Shown in pieces: positions 26,925-38,363 of a stretch of DNA of 64,000 nt. The stretch comes from Abditibacterium sp. GTDB taxonomy: Bacteria > Armatimonadota > Abditibacteriia > Abditibacteriales > Abditibacteriaceae. Position 1 is the first letter of the stretch; each line of letters starts with the position of its first letter. The notes under the pieces were generated by a model. It made no database searches. It was not told the origin of the DNA and saw nothing but the letters and a program-made list of their open reading frames with translations. The stretch covers positions 2,560,001 to 2,624,000 of the forward strand of contig OZ251992.1 of the NCBI GenBank assembly GCA_965246885.1. Reading direction: 5' to 3'. Position numbers and translations under genes: made by a program.

Positions 26925-28282
26925 GGGGAGGGAGAGTTTGACGCTCCGTTGGCATAGCGGCCCGTCGCCAAGTCCACGTTGGCGAGGGCAATCCGGGCGT
27001 CGAACTGCGCGCCCGTCAGCGAGGTTTGCGCCCCGAAGAGTTGGTTTTGCGCGTTCACGATGTCGAGGGCAATCCCCACGCCCGCCGCGTAGCGCCCCCG
27101 CGCGACTTCCAAGTTTTGCCCCGCCGACGCGACCAGTTGCGTCGCCAATTCGACGCGGGCGCGCTGGCCTTGCAGGTTGACGACGGCGCTCCGCACGGCG
27201 GCATCGGACGAGCGTTCGAGTTGCGCCAAGCGGAGTTGACCCGCGCTGAGTTCGTCGCGGGCGGCGCGGGTTTGGGCGCGGCGGCTTCCGGCGTCAAAGA
27301 GGGGAATGGCGACCGTCGCGCCCACGTTGAAGGTGCGTTGGTCAGTTTTGCGCGGGTCGAGGTTAAGCGCGAGCGTCGCCGCGATACTGGGCAATTGCTC
27401 GATGCGGGCCGCCTTGAGTTGCGATTGGCTTTGACGGATTTGCGCTTGCCCGCTTTGCAAGTCGGGGCGACGGCTGCGGGCGAGGGCGAGCAGTTCGGCT
27501 TCGCTCGGCAAGGTGGCAGGCGCCTCGGCGGTGTCACCCACCAGTTGCAAGGCGGGGCCGTCGTCCAAACCGAGCGCGTTGCGCAGATCAATGCGCGCCG
27601 TCCGCAGGGCGTTTTGCGCAGTGAGCAGGTCGAAGCGCGCTTGCGCGACGTTGACTTGTGCGGCGAGCAAATCGGAGCGCGGCGAGGTGCCCACCGTGAT
27701 TTGCGCTTGGATTTGCCCCAAAGATGCGCCCGCTACTTCGACCTGCCCCGCGCGCTGGGCGACGAGGGTTTCCTGACGCAGTTGCTCGTAGAAACGCTGC
27801 GCGACTTGGTAAGCGAGGTTCGTTCGCGTCGTGCCGAGGGTGCCGCGCGCGATGTCGAAGGCGGCGCGCCCCTGCCGCACGGTTTCGCGCGTGCGGCCCG
27901 AATCGAAGACGTTTTGCGAGAGAGCCACGCCCGTCGTGAACGTCGTCCCGGTGCTATTGATGGTGGTCGCGCCACCCGTGCCGGTTCCCGTCGAGGGGAT
28001 GCTCACGACCGAGCCTGAATTCACGTAGTTGCTGCCCACGCTTGCGCTCAGTTGCGGCGAGCGCGCCGCTTGCGCAACGGCAATGCGCTCGCGGGCGGCG
28101 CGGGTTTGCTCGCCCGCAGCCAGCACGTCGCCCTGATTCTGGAAGGCGGTTTGAATGGCGTCTTCAAGCGACAATGGCGCGATGACGACGGGCGGAACTT
28201 CGAGGGTGGTGGGCGGCGCGGCGGTTTGGGCGCACGCGGGCGCAGCGAAAAGCAAAAGGAGAAGGGCGAGGCGGGCGGACAT
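26921..28282 (-). CDS. TolC-family outer membrane efflux protein
   Basis: LSLEDAIQTA, ALSQNVFDSG, RRPDL, IPLFDAG, RYAAGV..LDIVNAQ; overlaps the adaptor gene start. Confidence 0.9.
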   Translation of the reverse strand: MSARLALLLLLFAAPACAQTAAPPTTLEVPPVVIAPLSLEDAIQTAFQNQGDVLAAGEQTRAARERIAVAQAARSPQLSASVGSNYVNSGSVVSIPSTGTGTGGATTINSTGTTFTTGVALSQNVFDSGRTRETVRQGRAAFDIARGTLGTTRTNLAYQVAQRFYEQLRQETLVAQRAGQVEVAGASLGQIQAQITVGTSPRSDLLAAQVNVAQARFDLLTAQNALRTARIDLRNALGLDDGPALQLVGDTAEAPATLPSEAELLALARSRRPDLQSGQAQIRQSQSQLKAARIEQLPSIAATLALNLDPRKTDQRTFNVGATVAIPLFDAGSRRAQTRAARDELSAGQLRLAQLERSSDAAVRSAVVNLQGQRARVELATQLVASAGQNLEVARGRYAAGVGIALDIVNAQNQLFGAQTSLTGAQFDARIALANVDLATGRYANGASNSPSP

Positions 28283-28318
28283 GGAAGCGACGGGTCAGTT
28301 TGCCGCGCACAGCCGACT

Positions 28319-28990
28319 TTACTCGCCTTCTTGCACGGGCCGGATGCGGCGACGGTCAAAGGAGGCGCGCACGGGCGGGAAGTTTTGCGTGGCCAAAAAG
28401 CGGAAGAACTCACCCTCGTCGGGAGAGGGGCCTTGGCCCATGTTGAGGTGCGCGCCCTCTTCCGTCCATTCGCAGAACACACTCCGCGCGCGGCCATCGA
28501 GTTCGATGCCTTTTTCGAGGGTAAAATAGCGCACGGGCATGGAGCGCAGCAGGAGGCGGAGCACCTCGCGCGCTTCGTCGGAACTTTCGGCGTCGGCGTC
28601 GTCGGTTTCGGGCGGCAGGTCGGAGAGGATGGCCACGAAGTGCGCTTCGGTCGTGCGCTGGGGAGTGGGCAAGGTGACAATGGCGACCAGTTGCTCGCCC
28701 GCGCGGGTCACGCTCGCGCGCAGGCCGTTGGGCGCGACCAAATCCTCGCCCGTTTCGCCCTGTCCGCAGTCGGCCCACACGCTTTGCAAGAACTCGTCGC
28801 GCTTGTCGTCATTGGCCAGAATCACGAGGATGAACGCGCCCATTTGCCGCGCCAGAGCGGGCAAAAAGCGGTGCGCGAAGGTGTAATGTTGCCCGCGCGG
28901 GCCGGGCGAAGCCGCGACGAACTGCTCCATGCGCGCTAACTCTTCCTTAGCCGCGCGGTGGCGCTTTAGCCGTTGGAGCCATTGGAACAT
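28319..28990 (-). CDS. Hypothetical protein
   Basis: 223-aa ORF with host-like codon use; HYTFAHRFLP, RYFTLEKG, FCEW..GAHLNMG. Confidence 0.65.
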   Translation of the reverse strand: MFQWLQRLKRHRAAKEELARMEQFVAASPGPRGQHYTFAHRFLPALARQMGAFILVILANDDKRDEFLQSVWADCGQGETGEDLVAPNGLRASVTRAGEQLVAIVTLPTPQRTTEAHFVAILSDLPPETDDADAESSDEAREVLRLLLRSMPVRYFTLEKGIELDGRARSVFCEWTEEGAHLNMGQGPSPDEGEFFRFLATQNFPPVRASFDRRRIRPVQEGE

Positions 28991-29008
28991 AGCGGAAAGA
29001 ACCTCGAT

Positions 29009-29326
29009 TTAGCGGCGTAGTTTGACGGCGGTGCCGTACGCCAAGACTTCGGTCATGCTTTGCGCGAACTCGGTCGCGTCGTAGCGCATGGAGATCACCG
29101 CGTCAGCGCCCATTTCTTGCGCGTGTTGCACCATGCGGTCGTAGGCGTGCTGGCGGGCTTGGTCGCAAACTTCGGCGAACATTTCGATGTTGCCGCCGCC
29201 GATGGACTGGAGCGAACCCAAGAAACCTTGCACGATGTTGGGCGAGCGCACAACGACGCCGCGCACAACGCCAATGACATCGGTGATTTCGTGGCCGGGG
29301 ACGGCGATTGCGGTGGTGACGATCAT
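29009..29326 (-). CDS. YbjQ/UPF0145 family protein
   Basis: MIVTT..VPG..I...IGVVRG, GADAVISMRYD, EVLAYGTAV. Confidence 0.92.
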   Translation of the reverse strand: MIVTTAIAVPGHEITDVIGVVRGVVVRSPNIVQGFLGSLQSIGGGNIEMFAEVCDQARQHAYDRMVQHAQEMGADAVISMRYDATEFAQSMTEVLAYGTAVKLRR

Positions 29327-29337
29327 ACCCCTTTAAT

Positions 29338-29805
29338 TTACCGCCGCAAAGAAAGGAGCGGGGCACCTGTCTCGACCAATTGCCCCGATTCGGCGTTGAT
29401 TTGGGCAACGACCCCGCCCGTTTCCGCCGTTATCTCGTTGAACACCTTCATCGCCTCGACCAACCCAATGGTCTGCCCCGCTTCGACGCGGTCGCCGACC
29501 TCGACAAAAGGCGGGTCGGACGGCGACGGCGAACGATAAAACACCCCCACCATCGGCGACACGACGGCCACCAAGTTCTCCTCGAAAGGGGACGCCACCC
29601 CGCTTGGCGCGGCGCCTACAAAGGGCACCGCTCCCCCGTTCGTGGGCGCCGCGACGAACTGCGGAGTCGCGCCCTTGAGGGTTATCTTCCAGTCGTCTCC
29701 CTCTAATTCGAGGAGCGATAACCCCTCCTCGCGCACGATGTCCGCCAATCCGCGCAAATACGCCACCCGCCTTGTCCAATTGTTCCCCGATGTGTTGTCC
29801 GCCAT
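29338..29805 (-). CDS. accB: Acetyl-CoA carboxylase biotin carboxyl carrier protein
   Basis: SPMVGVFYRSPSP, biotinylation motif EAMKVFNEI; start taken at MADN. Confidence 0.92.
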   Translation of the reverse strand: MADNTSGNNWTRRVAYLRGLADIVREEGLSLLELEGDDWKITLKGATPQFVAAPTNGGAVPFVGAAPSGVASPFEENLVAVVSPMVGVFYRSPSPSDPPFVEVGDRVEAGQTIGLVEAMKVFNEITAETGGVVAQINAESGQLVETGAPLLSLRR

Positions 29806-29899
29806 AAAAGTGAGTGGTGAAAAGTTACTATTTTTTGGGGAATGGAGCAAACTGGAGGGACATTGCTCGTGCCGTCTTATGCTGCCAATGGGCCAACCC

Positions 29900-29997
29900 G
29901 TAGGGACGCTGCTTGCCGCGTCCGCTCTTATAAGTTACAACGAACCAAGGGCACAAGCGAAACCCCTGTGAACGGACGCGGCAAGCAGCGTCCCTAC
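29900..29997. repeat. REP doublet (REPIN) upstream of RAYT
   Basis: gtagggacgctgcttgccgcgtccg (29900-29924) and inverted copy cggacgcggcaagcagcgtccctac (29973-29997); GTAG-terminated. Confidence 0.92.
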
Positions 29998-30020
29998 GGT
30001 GGGCGCATAAACATTTAACC

Positions 30021-30533
30021 ATGCAAAATCGCCGTTCATATCGTCGTCCGCAGTGGGATTACGCCACGACCGGCGCTTATTTCGTGACCATTCGCAGTTT
30101 GGGCGGACGCTGCGTTTTCGGCGAAATCCGCAATGGCATCATGGGCCTGAACCGCTTTGGCGGCACCGTGTGGCGCGAGTGGGAGTTGTTGGCAGCGCGC
30201 CGAAACGATGTGCTGCTCGATGAACTCGTCGTGATGCCGAACCATATTCATTTAATTTTGTGGATAGAGCGCACCGACGAGGAAAGGGCGGACTTGAACA
30301 CGCTCGGCAGTATGATCCCCGGCTCGTTGGGTGCCATCATGCGCGGGTTCAAGTCAGGGGTTAGCCGCGAGATTGGCAAAATGCGCGGGCAGAAAACGAA
30401 AGCGTGCCAAGACAAATTTTACGACCGCGTTGTGCGCGACGAGCGGGAACTAAAGGAGATGCGCCGCTACATCCGCGACAACCCGATGAACTGGCACAAC
30501 GACAAGCACAACCCAGAAGGCATACAACCGTAG
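30021..30533 (+). mobile_element. rayT: REP-associated tyrosine transposase (RAYT, IS200/Y1 HUH family)
   Basis: RRSYR..WDY..GAYFVTI, HUH motif VVMPNHIH, SLGAIMRGFKS, catalytic YIRDNP; flanked by REP doublets. Confidence 0.92.
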
Positions 30534-30623
30534 GGACGCTGCTTGCCGCGTCCGCGCCGCCAACAAACGGTTCGGGCACGCCTCCAATAACCTGGCGTTG
30601 GACGCGGCAAGCAGCGTCCCTAC
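30530..30623. repeat. REP doublet (REPIN) downstream of RAYT
   Basis: gtagggacgctgcttgccgcgtccg (30530-30554; its TAG is the RAYT stop codon) and inverted copy ggacgcggcaagcagcgtccctac (30600-30623). Confidence 0.92.
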
Positions 30624-30744
30624 GGGTCATCCAGACTTTTGTAACCGCTCCAATTGCAAAGCCAACCTTGACATCGGGGGAACCGTCCTCTACTCTTTCC
30701 GTCCCGAAAGCCAAATCCTGAAAGTGCAAAGGGAGAGAACAATT

Positions 30745-30936
30745 ATGTCGATGTCGAGTAAAACCCAACAGAAGTGCAGCGTGTGCGGCCAAATGGTGCG
30801 CACCGCCTTCGGAGCCATCCAAATGCGAAAAGCGCCCATCGTGTGCCGCAAATGCTTTGGCGAAACTACCTACAACGTCGTCCCCGTCTGGACACAAAAC
30901 TTCGGCCTGCCCGATTCCGCAGGCGGAGACAGCTAA
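30745..30936 (+). CDS. Small zinc-ribbon protein (63 aa)
   Basis: GGGAGAG RBS before ATG 30745; CSVC...CRKC; followed by a terminator. Confidence 0.6.
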   Translation: MSMSSKTQQKCSVCGQMVRTAFGAIQMRKAPIVCRKCFGETTYNVVPVWTQNFGLPDSAGGDS

Positions 30937-30940
30937 CCCC

Positions 30941-30972
30941 AAAAACCCGCCTCGTTTGAGGCGGGCTTTTTT
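30941..30972 (+). terminator. Rho-independent terminator (possibly bidirectional)
   Basis: aaaaacccgcctc-gttt-gaggcgggctttttt. Confidence 0.8.
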
Positions 30973-31005
30973 GTCGGTCTAAACTCTGCCCAGAACGAAA
31001 CGCCC

Positions 31006-31266
31006 ATGACACTCGAACTTTCTCCCGAACTCGAAACCCAAATCGAACGCGCGGCGCAGCAACAGGGAACCGACGCCCCCACGTTCGCCATCGAAGCATT
31101 GCGCGTGGCCGCCCAATCTGCGACGGCAGGGGCCAATACCCTGACAAAAGAGGAGCGCCGCGCCGCGATTGCACGCTTGAAGGGGCGATACAAGGACTCC
31201 ACCACAACCGTTGACGACTTCTTGGCCGAGCGAAGCGCCGAAGGACACCGCGAAGCGGGCTTATGA
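31006..31266 (+). CDS. Putative antitoxin (VapB-type) of type II TA pair
   Basis: 86 aa, MTLELSPELETQIERAA N-terminus; ATGA overlap with the PIN toxin gene. Confidence 0.7.
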   Translation: MTLELSPELETQIERAAQQQGTDAPTFAIEALRVAAQSATAGANTLTKEERRAAIARLKGRYKDSTTTVDDFLAERSAEGHREAGL

Positions 31267-31694
31267 TGGTCTTCGATTCTTCGGCGTTTTTGGCGTTGGC
31301 CCGCGAAGAAACGGGCGGCGATCTCGTGGCCGATTTGCTCGAAGATGCCGATGTGCCCAAGTTCGTTCACTCCGCCAATCTGTGCGAGGTGTTCCACCAG
31401 ACGTGGCGCTATGAAGAGGAGCGTGGCCGCTCCGGGCGGCTCGGCGCCGAAGAAGCCATCTTCGACATTCGGAGCGCGGGCGTCCTCGAACGCGCCGACA
31501 TGGACGGTGCTTTGTGGCGCGACGCGGGCGAACTCATCGCCCTACGCCGTCTCGCGGGCGCCTCGCTCCCATTGGGCGACGCCTTGGGCGTAGCTCTGGC
31601 ACGGCGCCTCGACGCCCAGTTCGTCACCGCCGACCACGCCGAAATCGAACCACTTCGCGCGGCGGGGTTGGTGGACGTGGTGTTTATTCGGTAA
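31263..31694 (+). CDS. vapC: PIN-domain (VapC) toxin
   Basis: VFDSSAFLA, ANLCEV, LPLGDALGVALA, FVTAD (acidic PIN tetrad). Confidence 0.88.
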   Translation: MMVFDSSAFLALAREETGGDLVADLLEDADVPKFVHSANLCEVFHQTWRYEEERGRSGRLGAEEAIFDIRSAGVLERADMDGALWRDAGELIALRRLAGASLPLGDALGVALARRLDAQFVTADHAEIEPLRAAGLVDVVFIR

Positions 31695-31859
31695 GGTGAA
31701 CTTCCGCCCACAAACTACTGCGTGATGATTCCGCAGACGCAGCGTGCTAAACCATCTGTCCACCTCCCTGCTGAGGCAAGCTTTTCCTGAGTAAACTATG
31801 CAAGAGAAAGCACACGCCACATAATGAGCGGTTAATAATTCTCCCCTGACACAATCTAT

Positions 31860-32258
31860 ATGGAAGTCTCTTTCTTTATATTCCTTGTCGTCGTGGGCAC
31901 TACTATCTGGATGACCTATGACTCCGCAGCCCACCAAATCCCTGTTTCCGGCAACGACTACACGATAAACACAGGAGCTTTGGCGTGGTTCCTATCTGGT
32001 TTTTGTCTGTGGATCATTACCTTCCCATTCTATTTGTCCAGAAGATCAACCGTGTTACGCCAGCGGCAGGCGGAGCAAACGATCAGAACGCTCTACCTTG
32101 CACACTCGAACACTCCACCTCTTCCACCCGTTGTCCCTGCTCTTCCTTCGCAACCCAGTGTTCCCGATGAACTTAGACATTTGAAACAACTTGTCGACGA
32201 GGGGGTTATCACCGAACAGGAGTTTGAATTGAAGAAGAAGCAGCTACTTGGTCTGTAG
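31860..32258 (+). CDS. Membrane protein with C-terminal SHOCT domain
   Basis: Two TM segments; DELRHLKQLVDEGVITEQEFELKKKQLL; visibly lower GC than the host. Confidence 0.8.
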   Translation: MEVSFFIFLVVVGTTIWMTYDSAAHQIPVSGNDYTINTGALAWFLSGFCLWIITFPFYLSRRSTVLRQRQAEQTIRTLYLAHSNTPPLPPVVPALPSQPSVPDELRHLKQLVDEGVITEQEFELKKKQLLGL

Positions 32259-32346
32259 ATCAACTAATCGGCGCAGAGCATCTTGCCGCCTCTTCTTGCG
32301 CGCGCCCCACCAAAACCCCGGAACCCCCAACATCCGCGCCTCGTAT

Positions 32347-34251
<1,905 letters not shown>

Positions 34252-34254
34252 AGG

Positions 34255-34779
34255 ATGGCCACCTTCCTGACGCAATCGCTCGTCTACGCCCTTGCGGGAT
34301 TAGCGATTGCGTCAGTGGGTGGATTTACTATCCACACTCTCGTGATTCGCTGGCCAGACAAAGCCCACGACTTCTTCTACTACTTTGCGTTGGTTTTAGC
34401 AGGATGCTTTGGGTTGTTTCTGTGGGCGAGCGTCTCGTTCTCATTGCCATCACTCGCCGCCCTACTTGCTGTCTGCGCGACGGGGGCTTTGGCAGACCGA
34501 GCAGCCGAACAAAAGAGGATTACTTGGACGGAAGCATTTTTCAGGCTCATCCTATCAACGACAGCTTCAATCCTGCTCCTGTCTATAGTTTCGCCCTTGA
34601 CTTTCGCGCTGGTTGTCAGTCGTATTGGACGACCAAGCGCAAGTGTGTTTTATTCCGGCCTTGTAATTGGAGTCGTTTGCTCCCCGACCGTTTTAGCCGT
34701 CTTTCGTTGGATGTTCAGCACGCTCCAACTCCGCCCCGGCATTGATCGACATTTGAACGAGGACGACGAAGCGGCGTAG
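34255..34779 (+). CDS. Hypothetical multi-pass membrane protein inside the dnaK-dnaJ operon
   Basis: 174 aa, about 5 hydrophobic segments, lower GC; starts 3 nt after the dnaK stop. Confidence 0.65.
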   Translation: MATFLTQSLVYALAGLAIASVGGFTIHTLVIRWPDKAHDFFYYFALVLAGCFGLFLWASVSFSLPSLAALLAVCATGALADRAAEQKRITWTEAFFRLILSTTASILLLSIVSPLTFALVVSRIGRPSASVFYSGLVIGVVCSPTVLAVFRWMFSTLQLRPGIDRHLNEDDEAA

Positions 34780-34805
34780 AGGGCGCCGCGCCGGAGTTGA
34801 TTATC

Positions 34806-35834
34806 ATGGCCAAGGATTTTTATTCCGTTTTGGGGATTGCGCGCGACGCGGACGAGAAGGCGATTAAAAGTGCCTATCGGAAGCTGGCGCGCAAATATCA
34901 CCCGGACGTGAACCCGAACAACCCGGATGCCGAAGCGAAATTCAAGGAGATTAGCTCGGCGCACGAGGTTCTCGCCGACCCCGAAAAGCGCAAGCTCTAC
35001 GATCAGTTCGGCGAGAACTTCGACAAAATCCCTCCCGGCTACGCGCAACATGGCCCGCAAGGGGGCGGCTTTGGCGGGCAAAGTTATAGTGGCGCGGGCG
35101 TGCCGGGCGGGTTTAACCTCGAAGACATCATCGCGCAAGCGCAACGCGGCGGCGGGGGAGCGCGCGTCAATGTCGGCGGCAATCAAGCGGGCGGGGCGGG
35201 CGGAATCGGCAGTTTGTTTGGCGAAATGCTCGGCGGCTTTGGCGGAGGGCGAGCGCGCGGCCCGCAAAAGGGCGGCGACATTGAACACCCGCTCGACATC
35301 TCCTTCGCCGAAGCGGTTAGGGGCACGCAAAAGCGCGTTCACTTGCGAATCCAAAGCGGCGATGGCCGCGAGGAGATGCGCGACGTAACGGTGAAAATCC
35401 CGGCCTTGATTGCCAACGGCGCGACGGTGAAAGTCGCCGGACGCGGCGCATCGAGCGCGACGGGCGGGCCAAACGGCGATCTGTTTTTGCGCGTCGGCGT
35501 GGCGACCGACCCTTTTTGGAAGCGCGACGGCCTCGATATTCGGGTCGAAATCCCCGTCGCTTTTCACGAAGCCGCGCTCGGCGCGACCATCGCCGTCCCG
35601 ACCATCGGCGGCGAGGTCAACCTGCGCGTCCCGCCCGGAACGCAAAGCGGCCAAACATTCCGTCTGACGGGGCGCGGCCTGAAGAACGACAAGACCGGGC
35701 AAAGCGGCGACCAATACGTCAGCGTCAAAGTCGCCGTCCCGAAGGGTTTATCCGCGGGCGAGGAAGAGTTAGTGCGCGAGTTGGCGACCGGGCGCACCGA
35801 GGATGTTCGCGCAGGGTTGCCCAAGGGAATTTAG
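34806..35834 (+). CDS. dnaJ: Class II DnaJ/CbpA-like co-chaperone (no zinc finger)
   Basis: J-domain DFYSVLG...YRKLARKYHPD; G/F-rich region; DnaJ C-terminal domains; no CxxCxGxG. Confidence 0.9.
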   Translation: MAKDFYSVLGIARDADEKAIKSAYRKLARKYHPDVNPNNPDAEAKFKEISSAHEVLADPEKRKLYDQFGENFDKIPPGYAQHGPQGGGFGGQSYSGAGVPGGFNLEDIIAQAQRGGGGARVNVGGNQAGGAGGIGSLFGEMLGGFGGGRARGPQKGGDIEHPLDISFAEAVRGTQKRVHLRIQSGDGREEMRDVTVKIPALIANGATVKVAGRGASSATGGPNGDLFLRVGVATDPFWKRDGLDIRVEIPVAFHEAALGATIAVPTIGGEVNLRVPPGTQSGQTFRLTGRGLKNDKTGQSGDQYVSVKVAVPKGLSAGEEELVRELATGRTEDVRAGLPKGI

Positions 35835-35848
35835 GGCTTACGCCGACT

Positions 35849-36037
35849 GGTTAGGTGAACCGTTCCCCCGGTCGGGGAAATTGTTCGACCGGTTAGGAGA
35901 ACGATTTCCCCGGCTATGGGAACGACTGACATAGCCGTGCCGACGATTCCCTCGGTTAGGGGAACGATTGACACAGCCCGGTGAACGGTTCACACAGCCG
36001 GGGGAACGACATAATTAACCGGGGGAATCGCTTACCC
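35849..36037. repeat. Degenerate 21-nt-period tandem array (9 units) between dnaJ and hspR
   Basis: ggttaggtgaaccgttccccc / ggtcggggaaattgttcgacc / ggttaggagaacgatttcccc / ggctatgggaacgactgacat / ... / aaccgggggaatcgcttaccc. Confidence 0.8.
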
Positions 36038-36105
36038 GACCGAGTGGCTGAAAGAATTATCAATGCTACGTTTTTGGACGTAGGCTAACGAAGAGGTGAA
36101 ACACT

Positions 36106-36417
36106 ATGTCAACCAACTCCAACGGCGGCTCTCGCAAAGTCACGATGTATCATATCTCGGTCGTCGCGCAGATGGTCGAAACCCACCCCCAGACGCTAAG
36201 GATGTATGAAAAGATGGGTCTCATCTCGCCCCAGCGCACCGGAAACAATATCCGCTTGTTCTCCGATGAGGATGTCGAGTTAGTGCGCCGCATCCAACAC
36301 CTGACACAGGACTTGGGCGTTAACTTGGCGGGCGTCGAGGTGGTTTTCAAACTCCTCGAAGAGATGGAACGCATGCGCGGCGAGATAGAGCAACTACAAA
36401 CGAAGAACCAAGCATAG
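36106..36417 (+). CDS. hspR: Heat-shock repressor HspR (MerR family)
   Basis: YHISVVAQMVETHPQTLRMYEKMGLISPQRT.NNIRLFS...LGVNLAGVEVV; follows dnaK-dnaJ. Confidence 0.88.
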   Translation: MSTNSNGGSRKVTMYHISVVAQMVETHPQTLRMYEKMGLISPQRTGNNIRLFSDEDVELVRRIQHLTQDLGVNLAGVEVVFKLLEEMERMRGEIEQLQTKNQA

Positions 36418-36445
36418 GAGCGAGCCGACATGTTCGTCCTTTTGT

Positions 36446-37336
36446 TTAAGAATAGGTCGCCGGGTCGCGCAGCCACATTTTGTGGCGCACAGTCCGCACA
36501 TAGTGGCGCAACACTATCGCGCCGGATACAGCCAGATCGGAACGGACGTGCCTGTCCTCAATGGTCAGAAGAAAGCGGTCGCTCGGCAATGGGTGGGCGC
36601 CGTTGAAGTGCATGACGTTATGAACAATTGTCTGCTCGGAAAAATGCTGTGGTGCCCCTTGGAACGAGTGCAGCGGCTCTAAGGCTTCTTCCCATTCCCA
36701 CCCGCACCCAAACAAGCAGAAACCACTATTAACGGGCGCGAGAACCGAAGCCTCGCTTCCGCCTTGGGACGTAAGGAGGCGCGCATCCAGAGACGGGACG
36801 CAATCGCGCAAAAACCATGACTTTCCCGCAAAGCCGCCAAGCGGCGACACATCTGGCGCCGCGAAATACAGCACGTCCGAATCGGTGTAGATCGCTGGCT
36901 CCACCCCGCCGGAGATGGCCACCAGCAGCTGTAACTTGCGGGCAAGGTAAAATCCCGCCATCTTTTCTTCCACGAGTGCGGCCACCCAAGGCGGCACATC
37001 CAACTCCTCCAGTTCGCGGCACTCGACGCAGGGATGGTGGGCGGTCAGGTGGTCTTTGTGCGTTGCCGTTAGCGTCCCATCCGACACGACCACGAACTTT
37101 TGCGGTGCGCCGACGCCCCGTAGAAACGAGCGCATTGAGACGATCTGCTCTAAAACATTTTGTGCGCCGCAATACGAGTAAACCCTCGCTTCCAAATCGC
37201 GCGGTGCGTCGGGGCGGTTGGCCACGACTTTATCGAGACGGCGCGCAAAATCGCGTTGCACCCGACGCGCGCGCGTCCGCAGAATGCGGCGCGTTAACAC
37301 CCACAGACGGCGTTGCAAATAGGAAGGGGAAGTCAT
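36446..37336 (-). CDS. GT-A fold glycosyltransferase-like protein
   Basis: VVVSDGTL, DxD motif YTDSDVLYF, VNSGF, FSEQT, LRHY. Confidence 0.7.
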   Translation of the reverse strand: MTSPSYLQRRLWVLTRRILRTRARRVQRDFARRLDKVVANRPDAPRDLEARVYSYCGAQNVLEQIVSMRSFLRGVGAPQKFVVVSDGTLTATHKDHLTAHHPCVECRELEELDVPPWVAALVEEKMAGFYLARKLQLLVAISGGVEPAIYTDSDVLYFAAPDVSPLGGFAGKSWFLRDCVPSLDARLLTSQGGSEASVLAPVNSGFCLFGCGWEWEEALEPLHSFQGAPQHFSEQTIVHNVMHFNGAHPLPSDRFLLTIEDRHVRSDLAVSGAIVLRHYVRTVRHKMWLRDPATYS

Positions 37337-37365
37337 AAATGGGGAAGCCTTTTATAACACAGCCT

Positions 37366-38301
37366 TTAGACCCTCCCCACTTCCCGCCGCTCCCCGCCAT
37401 TCTCCAAGCGCCGAAACACCCATAGCGCACCGCACGACACCCAGAACGTCGTCAGGAAGTAGCGCGCAAAGGCGAGCGGCAGGAACAGGTGCGACGCTTT
37501 GCCCAACCCGAAGTAAAATAGCGCGACGCCTGCAAAACCGAACGCCGCGCGCAACGGGGAACGGTGAACCGGCACATCGCGCGGCGCGAGGAGCAACCCC
37601 ACGAGCAAGCCCAACAACGCCGCGCTGCGCCCGACGAGCGAACGGACGCCGCCTTCCAACCCCTGCGCATACACGCCCGACGCGGCGGAAGCGTGCCCCA
37701 ACGCCAATGACCCAAGCGCCCATAAAACTCCTACAAAAACCGCGCTGAGCAGCAGTTGCACTCCCACCGGACGCGCGCGAAACGAGGTCTCCCACGCGGT
37801 ACCGAACCGCTCGAACATAAAGAGCAACGTCGTTCCGATGAGCGCCCCGCCCACGACATCGAGGGGCCAATGAACTCCTAATACCAGCCGAGAGAGGGCA
37901 ATAAACGTCGCCAATACGAGCGCCAGTGGAAGCCATTTTTTCGGGTTGCCCGACCGCAGCGCCAGAAACGGCCACACCAAAAAGGCGCCTTGCGAGTGCC
38001 CTGAGGGGAAGCCGAACGTCGGCTCAAGCGCGAAGTGTGAGAGTGGCGTGAGGCGCGGGTCTACCCAATACGGGCGCGGCAGATGGACGGCAAACTTCGC
38101 CAAGTCGTTCACGAAGACGGAGATCAGCACCAGAACGCCCAACTGCGCGCCGATTCGTCGGTCATAAAACCAGAAAACGAGCGGCAACAGCAGTAAATAG
38201 AACGGCTCGCTTCCCAATGCCGAAAAGATTAGTGCGAGCGGTTGCAACGCCTCAATGTGTAGGGCGCGCATCAAGCCAAGCGTGGACGTCAATAATTCCA
38301 T
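37366..38301 (-). CDS. PAP2-family membrane phosphatase
   Basis: K...LPRP, FPSGHSQ, SRLVLGVHWPLDV; multiple TM helices. Confidence 0.9.
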   Translation of the reverse strand: MELLTSTLGLMRALHIEALQPLALIFSALGSEPFYLLLLPLVFWFYDRRIGAQLGVLVLISVFVNDLAKFAVHLPRPYWVDPRLTPLSHFALEPTFGFPSGHSQGAFLVWPFLALRSGNPKKWLPLALVLATFIALSRLVLGVHWPLDVVGGALIGTTLLFMFERFGTAWETSFRARPVGVQLLLSAVFVGVLWALGSLALGHASAASGVYAQGLEGGVRSLVGRSAALLGLLVGLLLAPRDVPVHRSPLRAAFGFAGVALFYFGLGKASHLFLPLAFARYFLTTFWVSCGALWVFRRLENGGERREVGRV

Positions 38302-38363
38302 GCGCCAAAGATTAGCAGATGCGCCGCAATTGGCCCGCTTCTCGCGCGTCGGGTTCGTTACTT

